Part shown: positions 24,896 through 37,205 of the stretch, in pieces
Layout of the letters: each line of letters begins with the position of its first letter
How positions within the stretch are numbered: position 1 is the stretch's first letter
NCBI GenBank assembly: GCA_963575745.1
Contig: CAUYUJ010000248.1
Coordinates: 248,001-312,000, forward strand
Reading direction: 5' to 3'
Length of the DNA: 64,000 nucleotides
From: Prorocentrum cordatum
Taxonomy: Eukaryota
The notes under the pieces: model-generated
Seen by the model: the letters and a program-made list of their open reading frames with translations, nothing else
Database searches by the model: none
Told to the model about the DNA's origin: nothing
Program-made: the position numbers and the translations under genes

Positions 24896-25567
24896 TTGCT
24901 CTGGTCCTCCGCCTCCTCCTCCTCCGCCTCCTCCTGTTCCGGTGTCACGCCACCCCATCATTTCCTTCCTCTTCCTCCTCCTCCCCGTTCTTCTTTGCTG
25001 CTACTTTCTCCTGCTTTCTGCCCTCGCGCGATCGCGATGCCCACAAGCCTGGCGCGTCCCACCCTTCCTCCCCCTCTTCCTCACCCTCGTCTTGGAGGTC
25101 TTCGTCGTGGCGATCCTGGCCATTGGAGTCGTTCTGTCGTCGTGGGTCTGTATCTCGTCGTCGCTCGCTGGAGAGGCGCGCCCGTGAGCGGCTCATCCGA
25201 TCACCGTTCCCCACCAGTGCCTTAGTCGTTAAGGGCTTCACGACTTCTGCCGTCCCTCAACTCGCACTGGAGCGGCCGCGATTTGCTCCAACTTTACCTG
25301 GAGATCTCTGGACGAACCTGGATCTGTCCAGATTTACGTGGATTTATCTCGATTGACCTGCGTTTCCCTTGAGCTATCTGGCTCGATCCCCACAAGTCGA
25401 TTGGCGAAAAGTCGTCAAGCCCCTAGGGACCTATGGCCAGCTCTTCATCCTGATTCGTTTCTGACGGTCCCAGGGCCCATGTGGAGGGCCCACGGAGGCC
25501 GAAAACGGACAGAAAATCCAACTTTTCCACGTCTTTCGAAGCCTCGGAGCTTTGAGAGGCCTTCCTC

Positions 25568-25870
<303 letters not shown>

Positions 25871-26899
25871 ATTGCGCACATCGACGTCGATGAATACTTC
25901 GACCTCAAGTGTCCGAACATTATCAGTTTTCTGAGTCGGATAGCCGCGACGTTCACTTGTGGCGAGGAACCGGTTCTGGGGAATATTTGCCATGGTCTCA
26001 CCGTGCGAACGCATTCTTGTTCATGCCACATCAACGCGAAAGTCACAGTACGTTTATAAATTTAACCATGCGCGGCTAAATCTGTGTACTGTCCACCTCG
26101 CATGACGTGAGCGGCGCCTTGAGGTCAGTCCTCGAGGGCCCTGAGCGCCCCTCCCCTGGAGTTTCTTGGCTCTACGGGAGGGGCTGCGCTCAGGGGGCCA
26201 GCGCCGTAGAACCCCACGGTTTTTATGTTGTACACGCTCGTGTGGTGTGTTGTGACACCGGGTTTGTTTGCTGAAGGCTTGTGATGGCCCATTGACCCGA
26301 GTTCCAAGATTTGCAGTTCACTGCGTTGCACTTGTGCTGTCCAGGAAGCTCACGTGTGGATTGAATGAGTGAAATCAGCATCATCACCAGCATCATCCTC
26401 ATCATTATCATCATCACCACTATCATCAGCAACACCATCATCAGCACCACCATCAACACCAACATCAGCACCACCATCAGTACCGCCATCATCAGCGCCA
26501 CCATCAGCACCGTCATCAGCACCACCATCATCAGCAACACCATCATCAGCACCACCATCAGCACCATCATCACCGACACCGTCACTATCATCATCACCAC
26601 CATCAGCATCACCATCGCCGTCAGCATCACCTTCATCCTCATAATTGTCCGCATCATCATCTGCATCCTCGTCATCATCATCGTCAAAATCACCACCGCC
26701 ATCATCACTATCATCACCATCCTCATCATCGTCATCATCGTTTTTCTGCGCCCTCATCACCATCACCATCACCATCGTCCTCGGCACCGCAGTCCCTGCG
26801 GCTCCAGCAGGGCTCCCGCTGAGGCCCTAGCGCCCTAGCCCGGCAACGCGGGCGGCCCGGCCCACCCGCCGCGCGCCGCCGCGAGCGCCGCCAGGGGGG

Positions 26900-29800
26900 A
26901 TGCTGGAGGAGCGGCTCCTGCTAGAGCAGCTGCGGCAGGATCGGCTACACTTAAAGGCGACCCTTCGCTGGAGTGGCCTTCGGCGCGGGCACGTTGGAAC
27001 CCCCGATCGCTGAACTCTGGAGGGTGTGGTGTAAAGGGGCGTGGTGCCGCATGCTGAGGCTGGCGATGTAATTTACCGTCGATCACACGGACACTTCCAC
27101 GATTGACACCACACCTCTTTATGCCACACCCCTTTTTCCGACCTCCAAATGAATAATTAAGGTGGGATAGCAGCGGTTTGCGCGCTTGGGTCTGGCCCCC
27201 CCCCTTGAAGCCGCGCACCAAAAGTCATGCTTGACTAGGGTCACTTTCGCGCATAGCCGACAGGAGCTGCTTCCGGTGCTGGCGGGCCAGCGCAGCATCC
27301 TGGAGAGGCCAGGGCTCGAGTTGAACAGTGTTTTCGTTTTGCTTGCGGTCTGATGCCGGTCTGATCCTGAACAGGCCAAAGCTCGCGCCGAACGGTGTGC
27401 TCGTGGGCCGTGCTTGTTTTCAGTTAGTTTCGCAGCAAAGGCGGAACGAAGACAGAGGAGGAGGATCAGGATCGAGGAGTGTCGAGGAGTATAAGAGGAG
27501 GGTCGAGGAGGAGGAGGAGGAGGAGGAGGAGGATCGAGGGTGCAACGCGACCACAAGACAAAGGCGCAAAGCACTGCTCAGCTCGAGCCTCTGGGAGGCT
27601 CTCTGGCCTCTCGGACGGCCAGCTGGCCGTGGCTGGCGCCCTGCGTGCCCTCGGACACGACGCCTCTTCGGACGGGGCTGGGACGAGGATGCATCCGCTC
27701 TGGAACACTCTCAGAAGGCCGCGGCGCCCGAGACGTCCCCCAGAGCCGCGAGACCTCAGAGATTCTCGATTTACCCTCACCCGATGTCATCCTCCTCCTG
27801 GCTCCATCTTGCCTCCGCCCTGGCCGCCACCTCGGCGGCGCCCGCGCCCGGGGCCGCGGCACTCGGCGCGCCGCCCGGCGCCGACGGGTGCCTACTCCGC
27901 GGCCCCGCCGGCGAGCACGGCGCGCCCGCGCCGCGGCCGGTGGCCGTGGCGGGCCCCCCCGTGCCCGTGGTGACGCTGCACGTGCCGGGTGTCGCTAGAG
28001 AAGTGCCCCTGGCCCAGGGTCAGCCACGAGGGGGGGGGGGGAGGGGGGAGGGCGTCTCAGAAGCACCCCTGCTTCTTGGAAGGCGCGGGCCTTATCCGTA
28101 GATGTAGGGCTGGCGCCTTCTAAGAAGCAGCCTCCTTCTAAGAAGCCCTCCCCCCTCCATCCACCGCCGTTGTGCGTGCCGCCAACAAGGATCAGGACGA
28201 TCGAAATGGGTACGGAAAGAGTGGGTGCGAAGATCTGGGCCTCCCAGATGGGATCCGAGCAGATGGGGTCGGAGGATGGCGCCGCATCGACGATGTATCG
28301 GCGACGCAGCTCGATGTGGAGCCCGATTTTCTCCATGCCGATGTCGCCGATGCATCGCCGACGTCGCCGATACATCGCCGATGCATCGGCGATATATCGC
28401 CGATGCATCGGCGATATATCGCCGATGTATCGGCGATGCAGCGCGACCCTCCAACCCCATCTACTCCGACCTCGTCTAGGAGTCTGAAAGACCGACAGCA
28501 GTTCCTCTGCATTTTGAATAGGACTCGCTGTCGGCGTCGCCACGGACTGTGTCCATTTGAGACAGAAGGCCGCCTGCCCAACAGCGGCCGCGGCTGGTTT
28601 GGGACAGCATGTGTTTTTGGTCATTGTACCCATTTCTTCCGTGCCCACTTCGGGCGTCCAACAAGGTGACCCCAGGACTTCCAAGGAGGCCCCCACGGCC
28701 TCCAGAGCACCCCTTGCGAGGCCCAGGGGGCCCGAGGGGCTCCACAATGGAGCCAACAACTGGGTGGGCCCTGGGCACCTTCAGCGACCCCCGAACGTGC
28801 CGGACGACGGCGCACTGGACGGCGGCCCGCTGGGCCGCGCCGTCTCCAAGGGCAGCGCCGGCAGCCAGGCGCCGCGGTGGCAGGCCGGCGCGCCGCCGCG
28901 CGCGGGAGCCCCGGCGGCGCTGGCGCCGCCAGACGGCACGGCGGACGCCCCGAAGCGTCCGGGAGCTCCGCCTCCGCTGCTGTCGCCGGACGTCAGAGGA
29001 GGAGAAGGTGTAGCCAGATCTCCGCCGATGCGGTCTTCTCGGCATTTCGGCATCCGGGGGCCGGTGTCGGGCCCCGAAGCCAGCAAGAGCGCACCCAGGA
29101 CGAAAGTCTACCCCTGGAGAAGTGGTCGGGGCCTCTGGGGCCGCGGATTGACAAGATCAGACCGGCTGATGTCAGGGTACCGATGCCGATGCCCCTGGCT
29201 CGGTTTCGCCTTCCTGGGCCTCCTGGGAGGCCCTCGCCGCCGAGGCTGAACTCGCCGTGGAAGGCAGGTCGGAACGCACCCGGAGAGAGGGCCGGGGAGT
29301 GGCGGCGCCAGTGTCTCTCGGTCCCGCCAGGACGACCTGGCGCGGATGCCGAGCCACCTCGGCGTCGGGGCCCCAGCCGTGGCGGCCCTCAGCGCCCGCC
29401 GCCTGGCGCCGCCCTCGCCTGCCTCCGGGGCGGGTACGGCCACGCCCGCGGGCTCGAAGCTGCGCCTGGTGCCGCCGTCGCCGTGCGCGTCGGCGGCGGC
29501 CCAGTCGAGCCGCAGCCAGCAGGGCAGCTGTGCCAGCAGCAGCGGGTTCACGTCGTCCCCCCACGCCGTGCCCAACCGCCTGTCCAAGCTGATGAGGATC
29601 GAAGAAGCGTCGATCTATATGGAATGTCTGGGAAGTGGAAGGGAAGACGACAATCCAGAAAATGATACCCGAGAAAAACCCAACCATAGTCTTTTAGGGC
29701 TTATAGGGCTATGTGGCTATAGGACTACAGGCCCTATACGGCTATCAGGCTATGGGGTTGTAGGGATATAGGGTTGTAAGGGCTATAAGGGATATCGGTC

Positions 29801-32800
29801 TATAGGGCTGTAGGGCTGTAGGGCTATAGGGCTATAGGGCTACCGGGCACCCGGGCACCCGGGCATCCGGGCGTGCCGCCGAAATCGGCGCCATCCCTCA
29901 CCTAACCATATGAATCCGCTAGGACCCCTACAGAGGCAAGATCTGATTACTAATATTGCGAAGGCCTGACGGCCGGTGCCGCCGACCCTGTTCGCAATGC
30001 GCAGCAAGAGGCACGGGCTGTGGGATGGTTTGGGGGAACGGGGAGAAGGACGAGAAGGTGGGGGAGGGAGGTGTCGAATCTGACCCGGGACTTCCCCGGG
30101 ACTCCCCCGGGACCCCCCCCGGGACCTCCTCTCCCCCCCCCGTCGGGGAAGGGAAAGGGAAGGGGCTTCCCTTCGACTCAATGACGACGTTGCTCAAGGT
30201 CGGTACGGGGGGGGGGCGTCGTATCTGACTCGGGGGGGGGGTCGACCCCCCCCACCCTCCCGGCGGGGGAGGGAAAAGGGAAGGGGCTTCCCTTCGACTC
30301 CGAGGTTGCTCCCCGTATCCCCGGGGGGGGGGTCCGGCGGGGAGGGAAAAGGGAAGGGGCTTCCCTTCGACTGAATTGCGACGTTGCTCAAGGTCGGTAC
30401 GGGGGGGGGCGTCGTATCTGACCCGGGGGGGGGTCGCTACCCCCCCCCCCCTCCCGGCGGGGAAGGGAAAGGGAAGGGGCTTCCCTTCGACTGAATTACG
30501 ACGTTGCTCAAGGTCGGTACGGGGGGGGGGCGTCGTATCTGACCCGGGGGGGGGGGTCGATACCCCCCCCCCCCCGGCGGGAAGGGAAAGGAAGGGGCTT
30601 CCCTTCGGACGACGTTGCTCAAGGTCGTACGGGGGGGGGCGTCGTATCTGACCCGGGGGGGGGGGTCGATACCCCCCCCCCCTCCCGGCGGGGAAGGGAA
30701 AGGGAAGGGGCTTCCCTTCGACTGAATTACGACGTTGCTCAAGGTCGGTACGGGGGGGGGGCGTCGTATCTGACCCGGGGGGGGGGTCGATACCCCCCCC
30801 CCCCCCCGGCGGGGAAGGGATCAAAGGGAAGGGGCTTCCCTTCGACTGAATTACGACGTTGCTCAAGGTCGGTACGGGGGGGGGCGTCGTATCTGACCCG
30901 GGGGGGGGGGGTCGATACCCCCCCCCCCTCCCGGCGGGGAAGGGATCAAAGGGAAGGGGCTTCCCTTCGACTGAATTACGACGTTGCTCAAGGTCGGTAC
31001 GGGGGGGGGCGTCGTATCTGACCCGGGGGGGGGGTCGATACCCCCCCCCCCCACCCGGCGGGGAAGGGATCAAAGGGAAGGGGCTTCCCTTCGACTGAAT
31101 TACGACGTTGCTCAAGGTCGGCTTGGCTCGAGCGGCTCGGGCGCGGCTCGGGCGGCTGGGGCGCAGGACAGAGACGACGAGTACAAAGAATAACGGAGAT
31201 GACGGCTCGAACGGAAAAGCCCCTCACACACGCCGACAGGGTCGGCGGATTTGGGAAAGAGGAGGGGAAGACAATCCAGAAAATATTGAAATTACGGTGG
31301 ACACCTGGGATGTGTGTCTGTTCATTTGTGTGTCCCTGGGCCCCTTCAGGAGGAAAAGTCCCATAAGCACAACAAGGACGGTCCGCGCGGATCTCTTGGA
31401 TCTGCGCTGGCCCCCCCCCCTCCCCCCCGCGGCGTGTCCAAAGCCGCCCGTGGCGCGCTCCGCGCGCCAGGGAGTGGGGCCAGCGAAGATCCAAGTAATA
31501 CGCGCGGGCCGTCAAAGGTTACACAGTAGAGACCCATGCCAAGAAACACCCTGCTTGCCTCCAGGGTGCCCTGGGTGTCTCGGGCTTCGATGGTTTTCCG
31601 ATGGAGAGCGTGACGCTCCCACACCAAAAATCGATGGACGTCCTGGGGACTCAGGGTTGGGTTTCTTGTGGAAGGCTTCTTGTGGTCGGGCTCCTACTGC
31701 ATCTGTGCCGTTTTTTTCGTCCTCCGGAGGAGGCAGTCGTCCGACAGGCTCTCGCAGCTGCGCACGGCGGGGGACAGCGCCTACAGGGACAGCGGCCTCG
31801 CCTCGCAGCTGGTGCGGAGCCCCCGCTTCGAGCGCCTGTCGCTGGCCGCCGTCTCCCTCAACGCCGCCTGGATCGCGGTCGAGACGGACCTCAACGGGCA
31901 GCAGCACCTGCTCGACTCGGCATGGCCCTTCGTGGCGGCGGAGAACGCGTTCTGCCTCTTCTTCGCCGCCGAGTGGCTGATCCGGCTCGCCGCGTTCAGG
32001 AGCGCCCTGCACGCCCTCCGCGACAGCTGGATGGTGTTCGACACCGTCCTGGTGGCCTTCATGGTGCTGGAGGCGTGGGTGTTGCCCACCGTGCTCCTGG
32101 CAGCGGGCGATCCGGGTCCCAGTGTCCTGGGGGCGCTTCGATGGCTGCGCCTTGCGCGCCTGGTCCGGATCTGCCGGCTGCTGCGGAGCCTGCCGGAGGT
32201 CTTGTTCATGGTCCGGGGCGTCGCGGCCGCCACCCATTCTGTGGGGTGCACGTTCGGGATGCTGTTCGCAACTGTGTACGTCTTCGGCATCGCGTTCACC
32301 CAGATGGGCGACGGTACTGCGTTCGGTCCGAAGTACTTCGCGAGCATCCCAGAGTCCATGTACACGCTGCTACTGGACGGGGCGTTCATGTGCAGCGGGC
32401 GCGAGGTGCTGGACGCTATTCGCCGAGAGAGCGCCCTGTGCTTTGCAGTGTTCGTCGTGTTCGTGCTCGTCACGCACCTGACGATCCTGAACCTCCTTAT
32501 AGGTGTGCTGTGCGAGGTGGTGAGCGAGGTGTCGTCCGCCGAGAAGGAGAAGTCCGAGCGGGCCTTCGTGAGGGAGAAGGTCCGCCAGGTGCTCGAGGCG
32601 GCGGGCCGGGAGGCGGCCGACGAGCGCGAGATGCAGATCTCCAGGGGGGAGTTCCTCGAGCTGCTGCAGAACGAGGAGGCCATGGAGCTGCTGGAGAGGG
32701 CTGGCGTGGACATGCTGGTGCTGCTGGACTTTGCGGACTTCTTCTTCCAGAGCGACCGCCTGGGCCACCATTTCGACAAGAGCCTCGGCTTCGACGACTT

Positions 32801-32954
32801 CATCGGCACGGTGCTGAAGCTGCGCAGCGGCGGCGGAGTGGGCTTGAGGGACGTGCTCGAGCTGCGGAAGTTCGTGCGCGACGAGACCCTGGGCTTGCAG
32901 GTCGCGCTCTCGCGCATCGAGGCGCGACTTGGGCACGCTGGCCCCTGCGCGTGA
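26900..32954 (+). CDS. Spliced gene for a single-domain voltage-gated cation channel with a long low-complexity N-terminus. Proposed exons: 26900-26938, 27264-27307, 27598-27687, ~27762-27988, ~28753/28785-29007, ~29290/29331-29596, 31730-32954
   Basis: Exons 1-3 join in phase (MLEERLLLEQLRQ|ELLPVLAGQRSILER|LSGLSDGQ...) through AG|GA and AG|GC donors. 29596 to 31730 joins in phase 2 (KLMR|RQSSDRL). Junctions of exons 4-6 are ambiguous. Confidence 0.55.
28260..28462. mobile_element. MITE-like element with internal ATCGCCGATGCATCGGCGAT palindromes; related copy at ~43820-43950
   Basis: agatggggtcggagg...cctccaaccccatct inverted ends and tandem perfect palindromes inside. Confidence 0.75.
29663..29955. 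repeat. Dispersed element with (GGGCTATA)n and (CCCGGGCA)n arrays; second copy at 48657-49172
   Basis: Both copies start gatacc.gagaaaa.cccaa and end cctcacctaaccatatgaatccgctaggaccc.tacagagg. Confidence 0.9.
30140..31120. repeat. ~120-125-bp structured tandem repeat, about 8 copies, intronic
   Basis: Unit gggaaggggcttcccttcgactgaattacgacgttgctcaaggtcggtac(G)ncgtcgtatctgaccc(G)ntcgata(C)nggcgg. Confidence 0.95.
31730..32954 (+). CDS. Ion-transport domain (S1-S6) plus EF-hand-like C-terminus; terminal exon of a NaV/CaV-like single-domain channel
   Basis: S2 ENAFCLFFAAEWLIR, S3 WMVFDTVLV, S4 RWLRLARLVRICRLLR (six Arg at every third position), pore FASIPESMYTLLLDG, S6 LTILNLLIGVLCE, then ISRGEFLELL and LGFDDFIGTVLKLR. 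Strongly GC3-rich with no stops. Confidence 0.93.
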
Positions 32955-34074
32955 CTGCGGCGGCACCTCCACCCGCCCCTGCTCCTCCTGCAGAGATCGG
33001 GGCGAGCGGCACGAGATCGGCCACCGATCCAGGGGCGGGCGCCTCCAGGTAGGAATTTGGTGCGAGGGGCGCCCTTTTGCCCCCACGCTGCTGCATGCCG
33101 TAGACCTCGGCGGCGTCGATAGGGGCGCATAGCCCAGGGGCGGGTATGACACGCACTCGTCCAGGAGGCTCGCCGAAGGCATGGACCATCGACGGCCCTG
33201 GACACATGTCTTGCTCTCCACTGGGCCATTCGCCCCCATCGTCGTCCCCGAAGACCGAGCGTGTGAAGCACACCTTTTTTTTCGGGTGAGGGGCCTGCCC
33301 TCCTCGGCTTCAGTCAGCGCATTCGTCCAGTGGGCTCTCTTTGCCCCCCGGACCAGCGCATGCCCTGGTGGCGTGTAGTCGGGAGTAGGTTTCTTTTGGT
33401 CGGACGCCGGCCGCGCGGGGCGCTCAGCAGAAGACAGGATCTGGCGTCTGCTTCCCTCCGTGTGGTGCAGCTGGCGTCTTTGCGCACTCGCGCCTGCGTG
33501 CTGCTCTGGACAGTACTCTTCCTGACCACCCTGCCATCATTTGATGGAGGCGGTGCTGATCGCTGCTATAGCTGCCAAGTAGGTGGCCAGATTTTGCCCT
33601 CGCATCGCAATCTTGAAGGGATGGTTGCGAGCACGCTCCACATAGTTGCTGCTGTCCGAAGGCATGGTTGCTTTGCAACATCGGGGGAGCATGTCTGTTC
33701 TCATTCTGTCCTTTACATGGCGTTGTTTTCTTGTGTCCGATGCGGAGTCGACGTGAATTCGACGCAGATTTGGCCTGCATTCGTGGATTCAACGCGAATA
33801 GCAGCGCAATTGGACAGACAAGGTCCTCCGAAGGTGCAGCATGAGCATGGATCTGCAGTAGATGCCACTGCAGTTCCGCTTCGCTTTTCTCACAGGATTG
33901 TAGACGTGCAGGGCTCCTCCTCCTTCCTGGCCTGGGCTCGGATCTTCGAGCCCGTAAGTCCGCCCAGATTCGAACATCCTCTTCTTCTTGAGTTTCCTAA
34001 TCATCATCGTACCCCCCTCCTCTTGATGCCACTCACTGATCCATCTCCTCCTTTCTCTCCTTACCCCCTCCTCT

Positions 34075-34132
34075 TTCGCCTTCTCCTCCTCTTCCTCCTC
34101 CTCCTCCTCATCATCATCATCAGCATCATCAA

Positions 34133-34193
<61 letters not shown>

Positions 34194-34210
34194 GTCATCA
34201 TCAGCATCAG

Positions 34211-34282
<72 letters not shown>

Positions 34283-34842
34283 TATCAGCATTAGCATCAT
34301 CATCACCATCACCACCACCACCATCATCATCCTCATCATCACAACCATCAGCAGCATCACCATCAGCAGCATCAGCATCCGAACCAGCATCAGTATCACC
34401 ATCATCAGTCTTATCGTCATCATCACGACCACTATCAACATCACCAGCATCATCAGTATGATCAGCAACATCATTAGCACCATCATCAACAGTATCAGCA
34501 GCATCATCAACGCCATACGCATCATCACCAGCAACAGTATCAGCATCATCAGCATCAGCATCAGCATCAGCATCATCATTACCATCAGCAGCATCATCAT
34601 CAGCGTCATCATCAGCATCATCACACGCATCGTCATCAGCAGCAGCATCAACAGCTGCAGCGTCAGCACCAGCATCAACGTCATCATCATCATCATCATC
34701 ATCATCAGCAGCAGCATCAACATCCTCATCATCATCCTCCTCATCGTCCTCACCATCATCGTTATCTTCAGCAGCATCGTCATCGTCATCTTTATCGTCA
34801 TCATTACCATCGTCGTCTTCTTCATCATCAGCATCGTCATCG

Positions 34843-34896
<54 letters not shown>

Positions 34897-35690
34897 CTTC
34901 CATCACCATCACCATCACCATCACCCTCACCCTCTTCCTCATCACCAACCTCCCCGTCTCCTCCTCCTGCTCCCGCTTCTCGTCGCCCGTGCCCCCTCCT
35001 GCTCCTCCTGCTGCTGCTGCTCCTCCTCCTGCCCCGCTTGCTCCTCCTGCTGCTGCTGCTGCTGCTCCCCGCCCCCCCTCCTCCTCCTCCTCCTCCTCCT
35101 CCTTCTCCTCCTCCTCCTCCTCCTCCTCCTCCTCCTCCTCCTCCTCCTCCTCCTCCTCCTCTCTCCTCCTCCTCCTCCTCCTCCTCCCTCCTCCCTCCTC
35201 CCTCCTCCCTCCTCTCCTCCCTCCTCCCTCCTCCCTCCTCCCCTCCTCCTCCCTCCTCCCTCCTCCCTCCTCCCTCCTCCTCCTCCTCCTCCTCCCCGAA
35301 AACAGCAGGACCCCCTATCCGAAGAGAGGGCGTCGCCGGCTCTCCGCCGGCTTTTGTGCCGCCGACCAGACCTGTGAGGCAGGGAGGGAGGAGGAAGGGA
35401 GGAGGGAAAGGAGGGAGCCGAGGGAGGGGAGGGGGGAAGAGGGAGGAAAGGGAGGGAGGGAGGGAGGAGCAGGAGGAGGAGGGGGAGGAGGAGGAGCAGG
35501 AGGAGGAGGAGAAGGAGAAGGGGGGGTCGGAGGGTGAGGGGGACGGAGGAGGGAGGAGGAGTATACGAAGGAAACGAAGAGGCAAGGAGTAGGCAAGGAG
35601 GAGGCACGGAGGAGGAGGAGGAGGAGGAGGAGGAGGAGGGAGGAGGAAGACGGGCAGGAGGATGAGAAGGAGTAGGAGTAGGAGTAGGAG
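34075..35690. repeat. (ATC)n, (CCT)n and (GAG)n compound microsatellite
   Basis: Seen directly. It explains the 735-aa and 598-aa ORFs. Confidence 0.95.
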
Positions 35691-37064
35691 TAGGTCTCTT
35701 GGGATGCCTCGCGGGGGCCTCCCCGAGGCCTCTTGAAGGGGCCCTTTGGGCTTCTGATGGGGCCTCTTAGGGCCTCTTGGGTGCTTTTGGTGGCTTATTG
35801 GGCCGTCTTGGGGCCCTCTTCGGCCGTCTTGGGGCGATCTTGGGGGCTTACTAGGCCGTTCCCGGGGCCCCGAAGCTTGAAAGCACGAGCACGCCCAAAC
35901 TCTCCAAGAGCCTTAGGAAGATCTGTTTGTTGTTCAGATTGGGGCTTCTCCTGGGGCCCTCTCAGAGCGCCTTGGCGTCGTCTTGGGCCGCCCAAAGGGC
36001 AGCTTGTGCCCTCTCAGGGCGCTCGTGGGCCGACTCGGGGCCCCCTTCGACCGGCTCGCGGGCCTCTCGGGACCCTCCTGGCCGGGCTTGGCGCTCTCCG
36101 GTTTTTGAGCAGGCCACGCGACCTGCTGAATGAGCCATGCGAGCAGCGACAGGAAAAATCTGGCAATGGGGGCTCTGGGCCCACCAGACAGCATTCCAAT
36201 CACCACGGTCTCACCAGAGGCTCGAAGAGAATCGCGCTTCGCGCATCGCGGCCTGGACAGGAGAGCTGCCCTTCTCCAGGGGAGCTGTCTCGAGGGTGCG
36301 AAGGTACCCGCGCGTAGCACACCGCGTGGCACGATGCGCGAAGTTCGGTGATTTCGAATCCTCAATACAGAAGGCACGGAAGGACCTGGGGACACTGCAC
36401 TCGGTTCTTGCGGCACAGTGGCAGATATCAACTCGAAGAGGGCCTTTCCGAGTCTGCCCAGCATGGGGACGGGCCCGGCTTCAGTGCGAACGGGCGACCG
36501 TTGGTGGAAAGCGGTCGAAAGATGAGGAGGTGGGGGGGTGCTCCTGACCGTACTTCCCTCGAGGAGTCGGAGGGTGTGCCAGTCCCTCGGGCTCGCCTTG
36601 ACTCGCGAGTGCGGCAGGGACGCCACGGCCCCTCGCGAGAAGCCAGAGCATTTGCAGTGCGAGACTCTGCAAGATCCAGCAGGAGAAAACGAGGAGACGA
36701 GAACGAGCCGACTTATGGCTTTAGTTTTCTCAGGCACGCCCGTGTCTTGGTTGATCAGAGCCCCCGTTATTACGGGAGTCCGACGCGTGTGGCCTGGCCT
36801 GGAGCGAGGGTACGGCGGGCTCGTGTCGTGTCGACGCGGCTGCGACCCCAGTGCGGGCCAGAATGGGCCAATGCGCAACGACCTGGCGACCGAAAAGCCG
36901 CCGATCATGCAGGGTTGAACGACACGCGGTGTCAGAAACCAACGCAGGGGTCTCTATTATAGGCGATCGGGATTTTTTGCCCAAGCTCCGTCTCGCACCC
37001 AAGCGCCACGCGGCGCCAGAGCGGGGATATGGATACAGTCGGACCGAGGTATAAGATCGAGGTC

Positions 37065-37205
37065 GGTTCGGGGAGGCTGCCCTGATGTTCCTCGTGTTTG
37101 CTGGACCTTCTTGTGCATCCTGGGGGAGGGTACCCTCGAATGCTCTTCATTTTGGCTAGCGGAGGGTCTCATGTTCTTTACAGCTGTCCTTCTGTCCTAG
37201 GCCCG
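37065..37205. repeat. Diverged dispersed repeat; second copy at ~40830-40950
   Basis: tcgtgtttgctg, gcatcctg, gtaccctcgaa, tcatgttctt and tctgtcc.agg are shared in the same order. Confidence 0.7.

Larger units (their letters stand above)
18750..25250 (-). mobile_element. Decayed non-LTR (LINE, RTE-like organisation) retrotransposon with an additional 3' ORF
   Basis: Collinear minus-strand EN, RT and Zn-finger-like motifs, followed by an overlapping 329-codon ORF. Both ends are approximate and no TSD was identified. Confidence 0.85.

Noticed and set aside
29589..29610. CTGATGAG...GAAG hammerhead-like core
   Set aside because: No GAAA or flanking stems. It coincides with an exon end.
30140..31120. 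CRISPR-like appearance of the regular repeats here and at 47622-47980
   Set aside because: No unique spacers and no cas genes. These are plain tandem repeats.
31601..33271. 483-aa (+) and 496-aa (-) ORFs overlapping the channel
   Set aside because: Shadow frames of a GC3-rich real exon.
33330..35585. 735-aa and 598-aa ORFs
   Set aside because: They are dominated by (ATC)n and (CCT)n. The HSV...CVRCG motif near 33700-33745 might be a LINE remnant but is too weak to call.
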